A DNA stretch of 64,000 nt from Eledone cirrhosa (GCA_964016885.1 OZ024761.1:10354001-10418000), one strand, 5' to 3'; counted from the stretch's first letter, positions 1-14,433 are shown. The notes: generated by a model from the sequence alone, not told the origin. A program made the numbers and translations.

Positions 1-3000
1 TACACAGAGCACAAGTGCCTCGAAGGTTGCTATACATCCCATACACAGAGCACAAGTGCTTCAGAAGGTTGCTACACATCCCATACACAGAGCACAAGTG
101 CTTCAGAAGGTTGCTACACATCCCATACACAGAGCACAAGTGCCTCGAAGGTTGCTACACACCCCATACACAGAGCACAAGTGCCTCGAAGGTTGCTACA
201 CATCCCATACACAGAGCACAAGTGCTTCAGAAGGTTGCTACACATCCCATACACAGAGCACAAGTGCCTCGAAGGTTGCTATACATCCCATACACAGAGC
301 ACAAGTGCTTCAGAAGGTTGCTACACATCCCATACACAGAGCACAAGTGCTTCAGAAGGTTGCTACACATCCCATACACAGAGCACAAGTGCCTCGAAGG
401 TTGCTATACATCCCATACACAGAGCACAAGTGCTTCAGAAGTTCGCTACACATCCCATACACAGAGCACAAGTGCCTCGAAGGTTGCTATACATCCCATA
501 CACAGATCACAAGTGCTTCAGAAGGTTGCTATACACTCCATACACAGAGCACAAGTGCTTCAGAAGGTTGCTACACATCCCATACACAGAGCACAAGTGC
601 TTCAGAAGGTTGCTACACATCCCATACACAGAGCACAAGTGCTTCAGAAGGTTGCTACACATCCCATACACAGAGCACAAGTGCTTCAGAAGGTTGCTAC
701 ACATCCCATACACAGAGCACAAGTGCCTCGAAGGTTGCTACACATCCCATACACAGAGCACAAGTGCTTCAGAAGGTTGCTACACAGAGCACAAGTGCTT
801 CAGAAGGTTGCTACACATCCCATACACAGAGCACAAGTGCCTCGAAGGTTGCTACACATCCCATACACAGAGCACAAGTGCTTCAGAAGGTTGCTATACA
901 CTCCATACACAGAGCACAAGTGCTTCAGAAGGTTGCTACACATCCCATACACAGAGCACAAGTGCTTCAGAAGGTTGCTACACATCCCATACACAGAGCA
1001 CAAGTGCCTCGAAGGTTGCTACACATCCCATACACAGAGCACAAGTGCCTCGAAGGTTGCTACACATCCCATACACAGAGCACAAGTGCTTCAGAAGGTT
1101 GCTACACATCCCATACACAGAGCACAAGTGCTTCAGAAGGTTGCTACACATCCCATACACAGAGCACAAGTGCCTCTGAAGGTTGCTACACATCCCATAC
1201 ACAGAGCACAAGTGCCTCGAAGGTTGCTACACATCCCATACACAGAGCACAAGTGCTTCAGAAGGTTGCTACACATCCCATACACAGAGCACAAGTGCTT
1301 CAGAAGGTTGCTACACATCCCATACACAGAGCACAAGTGCCTCTGAAGGTTGCTATACACCCCATACACAGAGCACAAGTGCTTCAGAAGGTTGCTACAC
1401 ATCCCATACACAGAGCACAAGTGCTTCAGAAGGTTGCTACACATCCCATACACAGAGCACAAGTGCCTCGAAGGTTGCTATACATCCCATACACAGAGCA
1501 CAAGTGCTTCAGAAGGTTGCTACACATCCCATACACAGAGCACAAGTGCCTCGAAGGTTGCTACACATCCCATACACAGAGCACAAGTGCCTCGAGGGTT
1601 GCTACACATCCCATACACAGAGCACAAGTGCTTCAGAAGGTTGCTACACATCCCATACACAGAGCACAAGTGCCTTGAAGGTTGCTACACATCCCATACA
1701 CAGAGCACAAGTGCCTCGAAGGTTGCTACACATCCCATACACAGAGCACAAGTGCCTCGAAGGTTGCTACACATCCCATACACAGAGCACAAGTGCTTCA
1801 GAAGGTTGCTACACATCCCATACACAGAGCACAAGTGCCTCGAAGGTTGCTACACATCCCATACACAGAGCACAAGTGCTTCAGAAGGTTGCTACACATC
1901 CCATACACAGAGCACAAGTGCCTCGAAGGTTGCTACACATCCCATACACAGAGCACAAGTGCCTCGAAAGTTGCTACACATCCCATACACAGAGCACAAG
2001 TGCCTCGAAGGTTGCTACACATCCCATACACAGAGCACAAGTGCTTCAGAAGGTTGCTACACATCCCATACACAGAGCACAAGTGCCTCGAAGGTTGCTA
2101 CACATCCCATACACAGAGCACAAGTGCCTCGAAGGTTGCTACACATCCCATACACAGAGCACAAGTGCTTCAGAAGGTTGCTACACATCCCATACACAGA
2201 GCACAAGTGCCTCGAAGGTTGCTACACATACCATACACAGAGCACAAGTGCTTCAGAAGGTTGCTACACATCCCATACACAGAGCACAAGTGCCTCGAAG
2301 GTTGCTACACATCCCATACACAGAGCACAAGTGCCTCGAAGGTTGCTACACATCCCATACACAGAGCACAAGTGCTTCAGAAGGTTGCTACACATCCCAT
2401 ACACAGAGCACAAGTGCCTCGAAGGTTGCTACACATCCCATACACAGAGCACAAGTGCTACAGAAGGTTGCTACACATCCCATACACAGCACAAGTGCCT
2501 CGAAGGTTGCTACACATCCCATACACAGAGCACAAGTGCCTCGAAGGTTGCTACACATCCCATACACAGAGCACAAGTGCTTCAGAAGGTTGCTACACAT
2601 CCCATACACAGAGCACAATTGCCTCGAAGGTTGCTACACATCCCATACACAGAGCACAAGTGCCTCGAAGGTTGCTACACATCCCATACACAGAGCACAA
2701 GTGCTTCAGAAGGTTGCTACACATCCCATACACAGAGCACAAGTGCCTCGAAGGTTGCTACACATCCCATACACAGAGCACAAGTGCTTCAGAAGGTTGC
2801 TACACATCCCATACACAGAGCACAAGTGCCTCGAAGGTTGCTACACATCCCATACACAGAGCACAAGTGCCTCGAAGGTTGCTATACACCCCATACACAG
2901 AGCACAAGTGCCTCGAAGGTTGCTACACATCCCATACACAGAGCACAAGTGCCTCGAAGGTTGCTATACACCCCATACACAGATCACAAGTGCTTCAGAA

Positions 3001-6000
3001 GGTTGCTACACATCCCATACACAGAGCACAAGTGCCTCGAAGGTTGCTACACATCCCATACACAGTGCACAAGTGCTTCAGAAGGTTGCTACACATCCCA
3101 TACACAGAGCACAAGTGCTTCAGAAGGTTGCTACACATCCCATACACAGAGCACAAGTGCTTCAGAAGGTTGCTACACATCCCATACACAGAGCACAAGT
3201 GCCTCGAAGGTTGCTACACATCCCATACACAGAGCACAAGTGCTTCAGAAGGTTGCTACACATCCCATACACAGAGCACAAGTGCTTAAGAAGGTTGCTA
3301 CACATCCCATACACAGAGCACAAGTGCTTCAGAAGGTTGCTACACATCCCATACACAGAGCACAAGTGCTTCAGAAGGTTGCTACACACCCCATACACAG
3401 AGCACAAGTGCCTCGAAGGTTGCTACACATCCCATACACAGAGCACAAGTGCTTCAGAAGGTTGCTACACATCCCATACACAGAGCACAAGTGCCTCGAA
3501 GGTTGCTATACATCCCATACACAGAGCACAAGTGCTTCAGAAGGTTGCTACACATCCCATACACAGAGCACAAGTGCTTCAGAAGGTTGCTACACATCCC
3601 ATACACAGAGCACAAGTGCCTCGAAGGTTGCTATACATCCCATACACAGAGCACAAGTGCTTCAGAAGGTCGCTACACATCCCATACACAGAGCACAAGT
3701 GCCTCGAAGGTTGCTATACATCCCATACACAGAGCACAAGTGCTTCAGAAGGTTGCTACACATCCCATACACAGAGCACAAGTGCCTCGAAGGTTGCTAC
3801 ACATCCCATACACAGAGCACAAGTGCTTCAGAAGGTTGCTACACATCCCATACACAGAGCACAAGTGCCTCGAAGGTTGCTACACACTCCATACACAGAG
3901 CACAAGTGCTTCAGAAGGTTGCTACACATCCCATACACAGAGCACAAGTGCTTCAGAAGGTTGCTACACATCCCATACACAGAGCACAAGTGCTTCAGAA
4001 GGTTGCTATACACTCCATACACAGAGCACAAGTGCTTCAGAAGGTTGCTACACATCCCATACACAGAGCACAAGTGCTTCAGAAGGTTGCTACACATCCC
4101 ATACACAGAGCACAAGTGCTTCAGAAGGTTGCTACACATCCCATACACAGAGCACAAGTGCCTCGAAGGTTGCTACACATCCCATACACAGAGCACAAGT
4201 GCTTCAGAAGGTTGCTACACATCCCATACACAGAGCACAAGTGCTTCAGAAGGTTGTTACACATCCCATACACAGAGCACAAGTGCCTCGAAGGTTGCTA
4301 CACATCCCATACACAGAGCACAAGTGCTTCAGAAGGTTGCTACACATCCCATACACAGAGCACAAGTGCTTCAGAAGGTTGCTATACATCCCATACACAG
4401 AGCACAAGTGCTTCAGAAGGTTGCTACACATCCCATACACAGAGCACAAGTGCTTCAGAAGGTTGCTACACATCCCATACACAGAGCACAAGTGCCTCGA
4501 AGGTTGCTACACATCCCATACACAGAGCACAAGTGCCTCGAAGGTTGCTACACATCCCATACACAGAGCACAAGTGCTTCAGAAGGTTGCTACACATCCC
4601 ATACACAGAGCACAAGTGCTTCAGAAGGTTGCTACACATCCCATACACAGAGCACAAGTGCCTCTGAAGGTTGCTACACATCCCATACACAGAGCACAAG
4701 TGCCTCGAAGGTTGCTACACATCCCATACACAGAGCACAAGTGCTTCAGAAGGTTGCTACACATCCCATACACAGAGCACAAGTGCTTCAGAAGGTTGCT
4801 ACACATCCCATACACAGAGCACAAGTGCCTCTGAAGGTTGCTATACACCCCATACACAGAGCACAAGTGCTTCAGAAGGTTGCTACACATCCCATACACA
4901 GAGCACAAGTGCTTCAGAAGGTTGCTACACATCCCATACACAGAGCACAAGTGCCTCGAAGGTTGCTATACATCCCATACACAGAGCACAAGTGCTTCAG
5001 AAGGTTGCTACACATCCCATACACAGAGCACAAGTGCCTCGAAGGTTGCTACACATCCCATACACAGAGCACAAGTGCCTCGAAGGTTGCTACACATCCC
5101 ATACACAGAGCACAAGTGCTTCAGAAGGTTGCTACACATCCCATACACAGAGCACAAGTGCCTTGAAGGTTGCTACACATCCCATACACAGAGCACAAGT
5201 GCCTCGAAGGTTGCTACACATCCCATACACAGAGCACAAGTGCCTCGAAGGTTGCTACACATCCCATACACAGAGCACAAGTGCTTCAGAAGGTTGCTAC
5301 ACATCCCATACACAGAGCACAAGTGCCTCGAAGGTTGCTACACATCCCATACACAGAGCACAAGTGCTTCAGAAGGTTGCTACACATCCCATACACAGAG
5401 CACAAGTGCCTCGAAGGTTGCTACACATCCCATACACAGAGCACAAGTGCCTCGAAAGTTGCTACACATCCCATACACAGAGCACAAGTGCCTCGAAGGT
5501 TGCTACACATCCCATACACAGAGCACAAGTGCTTCAGAAGGTTGCTACACATCCCATACACAGAGCACAAGTGCCTCGAAGGTTGCTACACATCCCATAC
5601 ACAGAGCACAAGTGCCTCGAAGGTTGCTACACATCCCATACACAGAGCACAAGTGCTTCAGAAGGTTGCTACACATCCCATACACAGAGCACAAGTGCCT
5701 CGAAGGTTGCTACACATACCATACACAGAGCACAAGTGCTTCAGAAGGTTGCTACACATCCCATACACAGAGCACAAGTGCCTCGAAGGTTGCTACACAT
5801 CCCATACACAGAGCACAAGTGCCTCGAAGGTTGCTACACATCCCATACACAGAGCACAAGTGCTTCAGAAGGTTGCTACACATCCCATACACAGAGCACA
5901 AGTGCCTCGAAGGTTGCTACACATCCCATACACAGAGCACAAGTGCTACAGAAGGTTGCTACACATCCCATACACAGCACAAGTGCCTCGAAGGTTGCTA

Positions 6001-9000
6001 CACATCCCATACACAGAGCACAAGTGCCTCGAAGGTTGCTACACATCCCATACACAGAGCACAAGTGCTTCAGAAGGTTGCTACACATCCCATACACAGA
6101 GCACAATTGCCTCGAAGGTTGCTACACATCCCATACACAGAGCACAAGTGCCTCGAAGGTTGCTACACATCCCATACACAGAGCACAAGTGCTTCAGAAG
6201 GTTGCTACACATCCCATACACAGAGCACAAGTGCCTCGAAGGTTGCTACACATCCCATACACAGAGCACAAGTGCTTCAGAAGGTTGCTACACATCCCAT
6301 ACACAGAGCACAAGTGCCTCGAAGGTTGCTACACATCCCATACACAGAGCACAAGTGCCTCGAAGGTTGCTATACACCCCATACACAGAGCACAAGTGCC
6401 TCGAAGGTTGCTACACATCCCATACACAGAGCACAAGTGCCTCGAAGGTTGCTATACACCCCATACACAGATCACAAGTGCTTCAGAAGGTTGCTACACA
6501 TCCCATACACAGAGCACAAGTGCCTCGAAGGTTGCTACACATCCCATACACAGTGCACAAGTGCTTCAGAAGGTTGCTACACATCCCATACACAGAGCAC
6601 AAGTGCTTCAGAAGGTTGCTACACATCCCATACACAGAGCACAAGTGCTTCAGAAGGTTGCTACACATCCCATACACAGAGCACAAGTGCCTCGAAGGTT
6701 GCTACACATCCCATACACAGAGCACAAGTGCTTCAGAAGGTTGCTACACATCCCATACACAGAGCACAAGTGCTTAAGAAGGTTGCTACACATCCCATAC
6801 ACAGAGCACAAGTGCTTCAGAAGGTTGCTACACATCCCATACACAGAGCACAAGTGCTTCAGAAGGTTGCTACACACCCCATACACAGAGCACAAGTGCC
6901 TCGAAGGTTGCTACACATCCCATACACAGAGCACAAGTGCTTCAGAAGGTTGCTACACATCCCATACACAGAGCACAAGTGCCTCGAAGGTTGCTATACA
7001 TCCCATACACAGAGCACAAGTGCTTCAGAAGGTTGCTACACATCCCATACACAGAGCACAAGTGCTTCAGAAGGTTGCTACACATCCCATACACAGAGCA
7101 CAAGTGCCTCGAAGGTTGCTATACATCCCATACACAGAGCACAAGTGCTTCAGAAGGTCGCTACACATCCCATACACAGAGCACAAGTGCCTCGAAGGTT
7201 GCTATACATCCCATACACAGAGCACAAGTGCTTCAGAAGGTTGCTACACATCCCATACACAGAGCACAAGTGCCTCGAAGGTTGCTACACATCCCATACA
7301 CAGAGCACAAGTGCTTCAGAAGGTTGCTACACATCCCATACACAGAGCACAAGTGCCTCGAAGGTTGCTACACATCCCATACACAGAGCACAAGTGCTTC
7401 AGAAGGTTGCTACACATCCCATACACAGAGCACAAGTGCTTCAGAAGGTTGCTATACATCCCATACACAGAGCACAAGTGCCTCGAAGGTTGCTACACAT
7501 CCCATACACAGATCACAAGTGCTTCAGAAGGTTGCTATACACTCCATACACAGAGCACAAGTGCTTCAGAAGGTTGCTACACATCCCATACACAGAGCAC
7601 AAGTGCTTCAGAAGGTTGCTACACATCCCATACACAGAGCACAAGTGCTTCAGAAGGTTGCTATACACTCCATACACAGAGCACAAGTGCTTCAGAAGGT
7701 TGCTACACATCCCATACACAGAGCACAAGTGCTTCAGAAGGTTGCTACACATCCCATACACAGAGCACAAGTGCTTCAGAAGGTTGCTACACATCCCATA
7801 CACAGAGCACAAGTGCCTCGAAGGTTGCTACACATCCCATACACAGAGCACAAGTGCTTCAGAAGGTTGCTACACATCCCATACACAGAGCACAAGTGCT
7901 TCAGAAGGTTGCTACACATCCCATACACAGAGCACAAGTGCCTCGAAGGTTGCTACACATCCCATACACAGAGCACAAGTGCTTCAGAAGGTTGCTACAC
8001 ATCCCATACACAGAGCACAAGTGCTTCAGAAGGTTGCTATACATCCCATACACAGAGCACAAGTGCCTTGAAGGTTGCTACACATCCCATACACAGAGCA
8101 CAAGTGCTTCAGAAGGTTGCTATACACTCCATACACAGAGCACAAGTGCTTCAGAAGGTTGCTACACATCCCATACACAGAGCACAAGTGCTTCAGAAGG
8201 TTGCTACACATCCCATACACAGAGCACAAGTGCCTCGAAGGTTGCTACACATCCCATACACAGAGCACAAGTGCCTCGAAGGTTGCTACACATCCCATAC
8301 ACAGAGCACAAGTGCTTCAGAAGGTTGCTATACACTCCATACACAGAGCACAAGTGCTTCAGAAGGTTGCTACACATCCCATACACAGAGCACAAGTGCT
8401 TCAGAAGGTTGCTACACATCCCATACACAGAGCACAAGTGCCTCAAAGGTTGCTATACATCCCATACACAGAGCACAAGTGCCTCGAAGGTTGCTACACA
8501 TCCCATACACAGAGCATAAGTGCTTCAGAAGGTTGCTATACACTCCATACACAGAGCACAAGTGCTTCAGAAGGTTGCTACACATCCCATACACAGAGCA
8601 CAATTGCTTCAGAAGGTTGCTACACATCCCATACACAGAGCACAAGTGCCTCGAAGGTTGCTACACATCCCATACACAGAGCACAAGTGCTTCAGAAGGT
8701 TGCTACACATCCCATACACAGAGCACAAGTGCTTCAGAAGGTTGCTACACATCCCATACACAGAGCACAAGTGCCTCGAAGGTTGCTATACACTCCATAC
8801 ACAGAGCACAAGTGCTTCAGAAGGTTGCTACACATCCCATACACAGAGCACAAGTGCTTCAGAAGGTTGCTACACATCCCATACACAGAGCACAAGTGCT
8901 TCAGAAGGTTGCTACACATCCCATACACAGAGCACAAGTGCCTCGAAGGTTGCTACACATCCCATACACAGAGCACAAGTGCTTCAGAAGGTTGCTACAC

Positions 9001-9512
9001 ATCCCATATACAGAGCACAAGTGCCTCGAAGGTTGCTACACATCCCATACACAGAGCACAATTGCTTCAGAAGGTTGCTACACATCCCATACACAGAGCA
9101 CAAGTGCCTCGAAGGTTGCTACACATCCCATACACAGAGCACAAGTGCTTCAGAAGGTTGCTACACATCCCATACACAGAGCACAAGTGCCTCGAAGGTT
9201 GCTACACATCCCATACACAGAGCACAATTGCTTCAGAAGGTTGCTACACATCCCATACACAGAGCACAAGTGCCTCGAAGGTTGCTACACATCCCATACA
9301 CAGAGCACAAGTGCTTCAGAAGGTTGCTACACATCCCATACACAGAGCACAAGTGCTTCAGAAGGTTGCTACACATCCCATACACAGAGCACAAGTGCCT
9401 CGAAGGTTGCTATACACTCCATACACAGAGCACAAGTGCTTCAGAAGGTTGCTACACATCCCATACACAGAGCACAAGTGCCTCAGAAGGTTGCTACACA
9501 TCCCATACACAG
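1..9512. repeat. 41/42-bp tandem satellite with ~3488-bp higher-order duplication (truncated by window start)
   Basis: Unit TACACAGAGCACAAGTG(CCTC|CTTCA)GAAGGTTGCTACACATCCCA. Rare variants recur at a 3488-bp offset (GCCTCGAAAG at 1961 and 5449; ORF-track starts 1183/4671, 1350/4838, 1682/5170). Confidence 0.98.
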
Positions 9513-9559
9513 AACTAAAAATATATATTTACACACACAGACACACACACACACTCACA

Positions 9560-9935
9560 TATCATCATCATCGTTTAATGTCTATCTTCCACGCTGGCAT
9601 GGGTTTAGACAGGAATTATCCTACTTGAGGTAAGATTGGTCGTCTCACTCGTATAGGACTGTCTGGCAGGTTTTCTACGGCTGGATGTTCTTCCTAACAC
9701 CAACCACGTTTACAGTGTGGACTGGGAGGTTTTTACCATGTTACCTACACGGCCACATTACAGCGTGGACTGTGTGTGTTTTTGTCGTGGCACCTACACG
9801 ACCTCATTTATTTAGGACTGGATGTTGTGGTACCAACATAACATTACAGAGAAAGGGGTGGTGTTGATGGGGTGGGGGTGGGGCAGTTGAGGTAGTAGGA
9901 TGGGGGTGATTAAGAGGTGCTTACTGACTAGGTTT
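9560..9935 (-). mobile_element. RTE-LINE-type 3' end fragment with (GAT)n tail
   Basis: Matches the 3' region of the ORF-bearing copy at 21340-22385 (GGATGCCCTTCCTAACACCAACC, CAT-repeat tail). Other copies at ~10625-11030, 20010-20300 (opposite strand), 55660-55825, 60480-60725. Boundaries approximate. Confidence 0.75.
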
Positions 9936-10454
9936 CGCTTCACATACACACACACAATATATTTGGATGGTTTCTACTCCTTACACATCTGGCTAAAAAA
10001 TAAAAAAAGCAACATAGATGGGGACCAAAAATATACACCAGCAACAAAAACAGCAGGGAAATATGAGGAGGAATAAAAATGGTACATTTCATCAGAAGGA
10101 AATTATTTCAACAGTTTTAGGAAATACCTGACCACTACCACAATCTCAGTTCTGGTGGAGGTCAGTTTGAAATTTGAACAAATGTCTCCCACAGACTGTC
10201 TGGAGGTGGGTGAGGGAAGGGGAGGAGAGAATGATGTATAACATCAGTGAGGCAGAAGGAATATTATATCATTTCATTTTCATTTTACGTCCACTTTTCC
10301 CTGCTTGCATGGGTGGGACGGGAACTGATTCTGGCTTGATTTCTACAGCTGGATGCCCTTCCTAACACCAACCTCATTTACAGTGAGTGCTGCGTGCTTT
10401 TTTTGCTGTGTAACCTCCACGACCACTTTACAGTGGAATGATATGGACCCCAGT

Positions 10455-10605
10455 CCCTATCATCTCGTTTCTACAGCTGAGTAAACTGGAGCAATGTGAA
10501 ATAAAGTGTGTTGCTCAAGGAAACAACACATCACCCGGTCTGAGAATTGAACTCACAACCTTTCGATTGCAAGGCCAATGCTCTAACTACTAAGCCATGT
10601 GCCTC
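10455..10605 (-). mobile_element. tRNA-derived SINE (CORE-like family)
   Basis: Reverse complement of the SINE at 50840-51105 and 55481-55620 (GGCACATGGCTTAGTAGTTAGAGCA...GTGAGTTCAATTC; A/B-box-like). Confidence 0.75.
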
Positions 10606-11082
10606 CTATACATATATATACATATCATCATCATCATCATCATCATCATTTAACGTCTATCTTCCACGCTAGCATGGGTTAGATGGGAACTTGTCCTACT
10701 TGAGGCAAGATTGGTCGGGTGAGCGTGTCTCACTCGTATAGGACTCTCTGACAGGTTTTCTACGGCTGGATGCCCTTCCTAACACCAACCACATTTACAG
10801 TATGGACTGGGAGCTTTTTACCGTGTTACCTACACAACCACATTACAGCGTGGACTGTGTGTTTTTTTTGTCGTGACACCTATATGATCTCGATCTCATT
10901 TTCTCATTAATTTGGACTGGATGTTGTGGTACCAACATAACTTTACAGAGAAAGGGTGGTGTTGGTGGGAGGATGGAGTAGGGGTAGTGGGTTCGGGTGT
11001 ATATTTGGTTAAGAGGTGCCTACTGACTGTAGGTATATATATATATACCTACAGTCATGTGGAAGATGGACGTTAAACGATG

Positions 11083-11117
<35 letters not shown>

Positions 11118-11243
11118 AAGTTTTATTTAAATTGTTGGGTTACAACGAGTAAATATTTATAACTGATATAAAAGCACTCAACAAGTATTTGGAGTATATT
11201 TACAATATTAAATAAATGGAAACTATATTTATAAAACCATATT

Positions 11244-11309
11244 TATTTCATTATATATATTTCAGGGATATCATATTAAAAATATGGTATGCCTTCTTCA
11301 GACAAAATA
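11244..11309 (-). ncRNA. Type-I minimal hammerhead ribozyme (left arm, minus strand)
   Basis: TATTTTGT-CTGAAGA-AGG..stem II..CCT-GAAA-T(ATAT)A-TA-ATGAAATA. Core CUGANGA/GAAA/UH intact, 8-bp stem I with wobbles, palindromic loop III. Confidence 0.75.
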
Positions 11310-11363
11310 CAATATAAACAGTCTTATAAATAGATCTATCTATTTATAAGACTGTTTATATTG

Positions 11364-11429
11364 TATTTTGTCTGAAGAAGGCATACCATATTTTTAATAT
11401 GATATCCCTGAAATATATGTAATGAAATA
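11364..11429 (+). ncRNA. Type-I minimal hammerhead ribozyme (right arm, plus strand)
   Basis: Stem I 11364-71/11422-29, CTGAAGA 11372-78, long stem II, GAAA 11410-13, T(ATAT)G, predicted cleavage after GTA at 11421. Confidence 0.75.
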
Positions 11430-11469
11430 AATATGGTTTTATAAATATAGTTTCCATTTATTTAATATC

Positions 11470-11506
<37 letters not shown>

Positions 11507-12559
11507 CATATCAGCATCATTAGTTTTCCAAGAGATAGCAACATGAATGGACCTGTTATCTTTCTCTAAAAAAAAGGTTTTCCATTTCCGCCCTGCTTAT
11601 CTGCTCAATCTTTCTGTTTCTTCTTTAACTTCTCATTCTATCTTCTGATAAAGGACTAGCATCTGAAACGTTGACTCTTTTCCTACTATATCAAGTGTAA
11701 AACTAATAATATATTTCTTCATTGTACTGAGTGGTTTGCTTTGTTATTCTTGTTTGCCTTTTGAAAATATGTATGTGTGTGTGTCTGTGTGTGTGTGTAA
11801 ATATATATAGGTATATGTAAATATATATATGTATATATACATGTAAATATATATATATTTAAATATATATATGTATATATACATGTAAATATATGTATAT
11901 GTAAATATATATATATGTATAATTATGTGTATATATATATATATATACATACTACTGTACGTCTGTATACATATATGTATGTACGTATACATACTTATAT
12001 ATATGTGTATATATATGTATATATACACACACATAGTATTTTAAACATTAACTTAGTAATCAACTGTATACCTTAAACAGTTCTTCTAAAAGATAGTATT
12101 TAGATTCCTCCAACAACACCCCACAATAACCTTTATTTTGAATCAGTTTTCATTAAAGGTGTAATTTGTTTAAAGGAATCCTGGGGTTTGAACACAATTC
12201 CTCTGCAGCATGTTTTTCTCACAAAGCTGTGAAACACATAAACACACAGGTAATAATATAATTATGGCAGGTGAAAGAAAAACAGAATGTATTAGTCAAT
12301 GGAAAATAACTGTGGTGGTGGTGGTGGGATGGTAGTGGGTTCAGTGATGGTGGTGGGGTAAGGTGGCACTGACACTCCTGGTGGTGGTGGTGGTGGTGGG
12401 GAAAGGATGGCAGCGGTTTCAGTGATGGTGGTGCCACTGACATTCTTGGTGGTTGCCGCTGGTCGTGGTAGGTGGTGGCAGTGGTTGTGATGGTGAAATG
12501 ATGGTGATGGTGCCAGTGTAATGGCAGTGGTGGTGGCAATGGTAACGGTGGTGATGGTG

Positions 12560-13440
12560 CCAGTGAAATGGTGGTGTTGGCAATGGTAATGGTGGTGGTG
12601 GTGTTGGCAATGGTAATGGTGGTGGTGGTGTTGGCAATGGTAATGCTGGTGGTGTTGGTGTTGGAAATGGTAATGGTGGTGGTGGTAGTGCCAGTGAAAT
12701 GGTAGTGTTGGCAATGGTAATGGTGGTGGTGGTAGTGCCAGTGAAATGGTAGTGTTGGCAATGGTAATGGTGGTGGTGGTAGTGCCAGTGAAATGGTAGT
12801 GTTGGCAATGGTAATGGTGGTGGTGGTAGTGCCAGTGAAATGGTAGTGTTGGCAATGGTAATGGTGGTGGTGGTAGTGCCAGTGAAATGGTAGTGTTGGC
12901 AATGGTAATGGTGGTGGTGGTAGTGCCAGTGAAATGGTAGTGTTGGCAATGGTAATGGTGGTGGTGGTAGTGCCAGTGAAATGGTAGTGTTGGCAATGGT
13001 AATGGTGGTGGTGGTAGTGCCAGTGAAATGGTAGTGTTGGCAATGGTAATGGTGGTGGTGGTAGTGCCAGTGAAATGGTAGTGTTGGCAATGGTAATGGT
13101 GGTGGTGGTAGTGCCAGTGAAATGGTAGTGTTGGCAATGGTAATGGTGGTGGTGGTAGTGCCAGTGAAATGGTAGTGTTGGCAATGGTAATGGTGGTGGT
13201 GGTAGTGCCAGTGAAATGGTAGTGTTGGCAATGGTAATGGTGGTGGTGGTAGTGCCAGTGAAATGGTAGTGTTGGCAATGGTAATGGTGGTGGTGGTAGT
13301 GCCAGTGAAATGGTAGTGTTGGCAATGGTAATGGTGGTGGTGGTAGTGCCAGTGAAATGGTAGTGTTGGCAGTGGTAATGGTGGTGGTGGTAGTGCCAGT
13401 GAAATGGTAGTGTTGGCAATGGTAATGGTGGTGGTGTTGG
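12560..13440. repeat. 47-bp GT-rich minisatellite
   Basis: Unit ATGGTGGTGGTGGTAGTGCCAGTGAAATGGTAGTGTTGGCAATGGTA; minus-strand ORFs repeat every 47 aa (3 units). Confidence 0.95.
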
Positions 13441-13978
13441 CATTGTTTCCAATATGTTGTTTATTCCAAGAAACAGTTGGTGTAACTGGATCATTCATTT
13501 TAGGTGGGGAAAAAAAAGAAATCAATTTTCTTCTCATCTCTCCCCCCCCCCTCTCTCTCTCTCTCCCCCCAATTCTGCGGAGGCGGAGGTATTTTCATTG
13601 CAAATCTTTAAAGAAAAGAAAAATAATAATAATAAACAGCAACAAATAAATATCAAAATAAAATAAAATAAAAACAGAACTTTAAAAGCCAGAATATTGG
13701 AACAATTAACTTGCTGGAATTAGATCTATCAAACTACACCACCTCAGGCTGCTAGTGGTGGTAGTGGTAGTGGTGGTAGTAGTAGTAATATCGGTCGTGG
13801 TAGTGGTGGTGATGGTAGTAGTGGTGGTAGCTGTTTATTTTTTTCTTCTTTCTTCATTTCTTGGGGGGGGGGGGGGCTTTGATCTTTTTTTCTCTCTCCT
13901 CCCTTGCTTTTTTTTGTTTACACTGTGTGTATGTATATATATTTTGTTTACACTATGTATATATATATATATATATAC

Positions 13979-14009
<31 letters not shown>

Positions 14010-14433
14010 CATACATTTATATATATATTTATTTATATATATACATATATATATATATAATGTAGATATATAGATATATATATATAATATATATATATAT
14101 GTATATGTCATTATTTTACTGACTGCTTCTCCATGCTGGCATGTGTTGGAATGTATGTATATATGTGTGTGTGTATATATATATGTATGTGTATATATAT
14201 GTTATGTATGTATATGTATATACTGCACCTTATTACCTTATTTCATTACACAGTTCTGCAGTTTTACATGTTTGTAATATATGAAGTAAAAAACTAATAA
14301 ACTTTGTGTTGTACATGTATCTGTGTCTCTATATGTATGTTATAAATGTATGTGTGGGTATATGTTTGTATGTGTGAGTTTGTGTTTGTTTGTATGTATG
14401 TATGTATATATATAGGAGAAGGTATATATATAT

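Larger units (their letters stand above)
11201..11472. repeat. Near-perfect 272-bp palindrome (foldback element) between (TA)n tracts
   Basis: Arms of ~135 bp centred at 11336/11337 with about 2 mismatches; (TA)n at ~11086-11114 and 11471-11502. Confidence 0.95.

Noticed and set aside
1-9512. CRISPR-like array
   Set aside because: No unique spacers and no cas genes; the context is eukaryotic and spliced.
15-9633. Very long ORFs (up to 1327 aa) as protein-coding genes
   Set aside because: They arise from a stop-free satellite, are open in all three frames, have no ATG start and show no frame preference.
12219-13537. His/Pro/Thr-rich ORFs on the minus strand
   Set aside because: Translations of the 47-bp minisatellite in all three frames.
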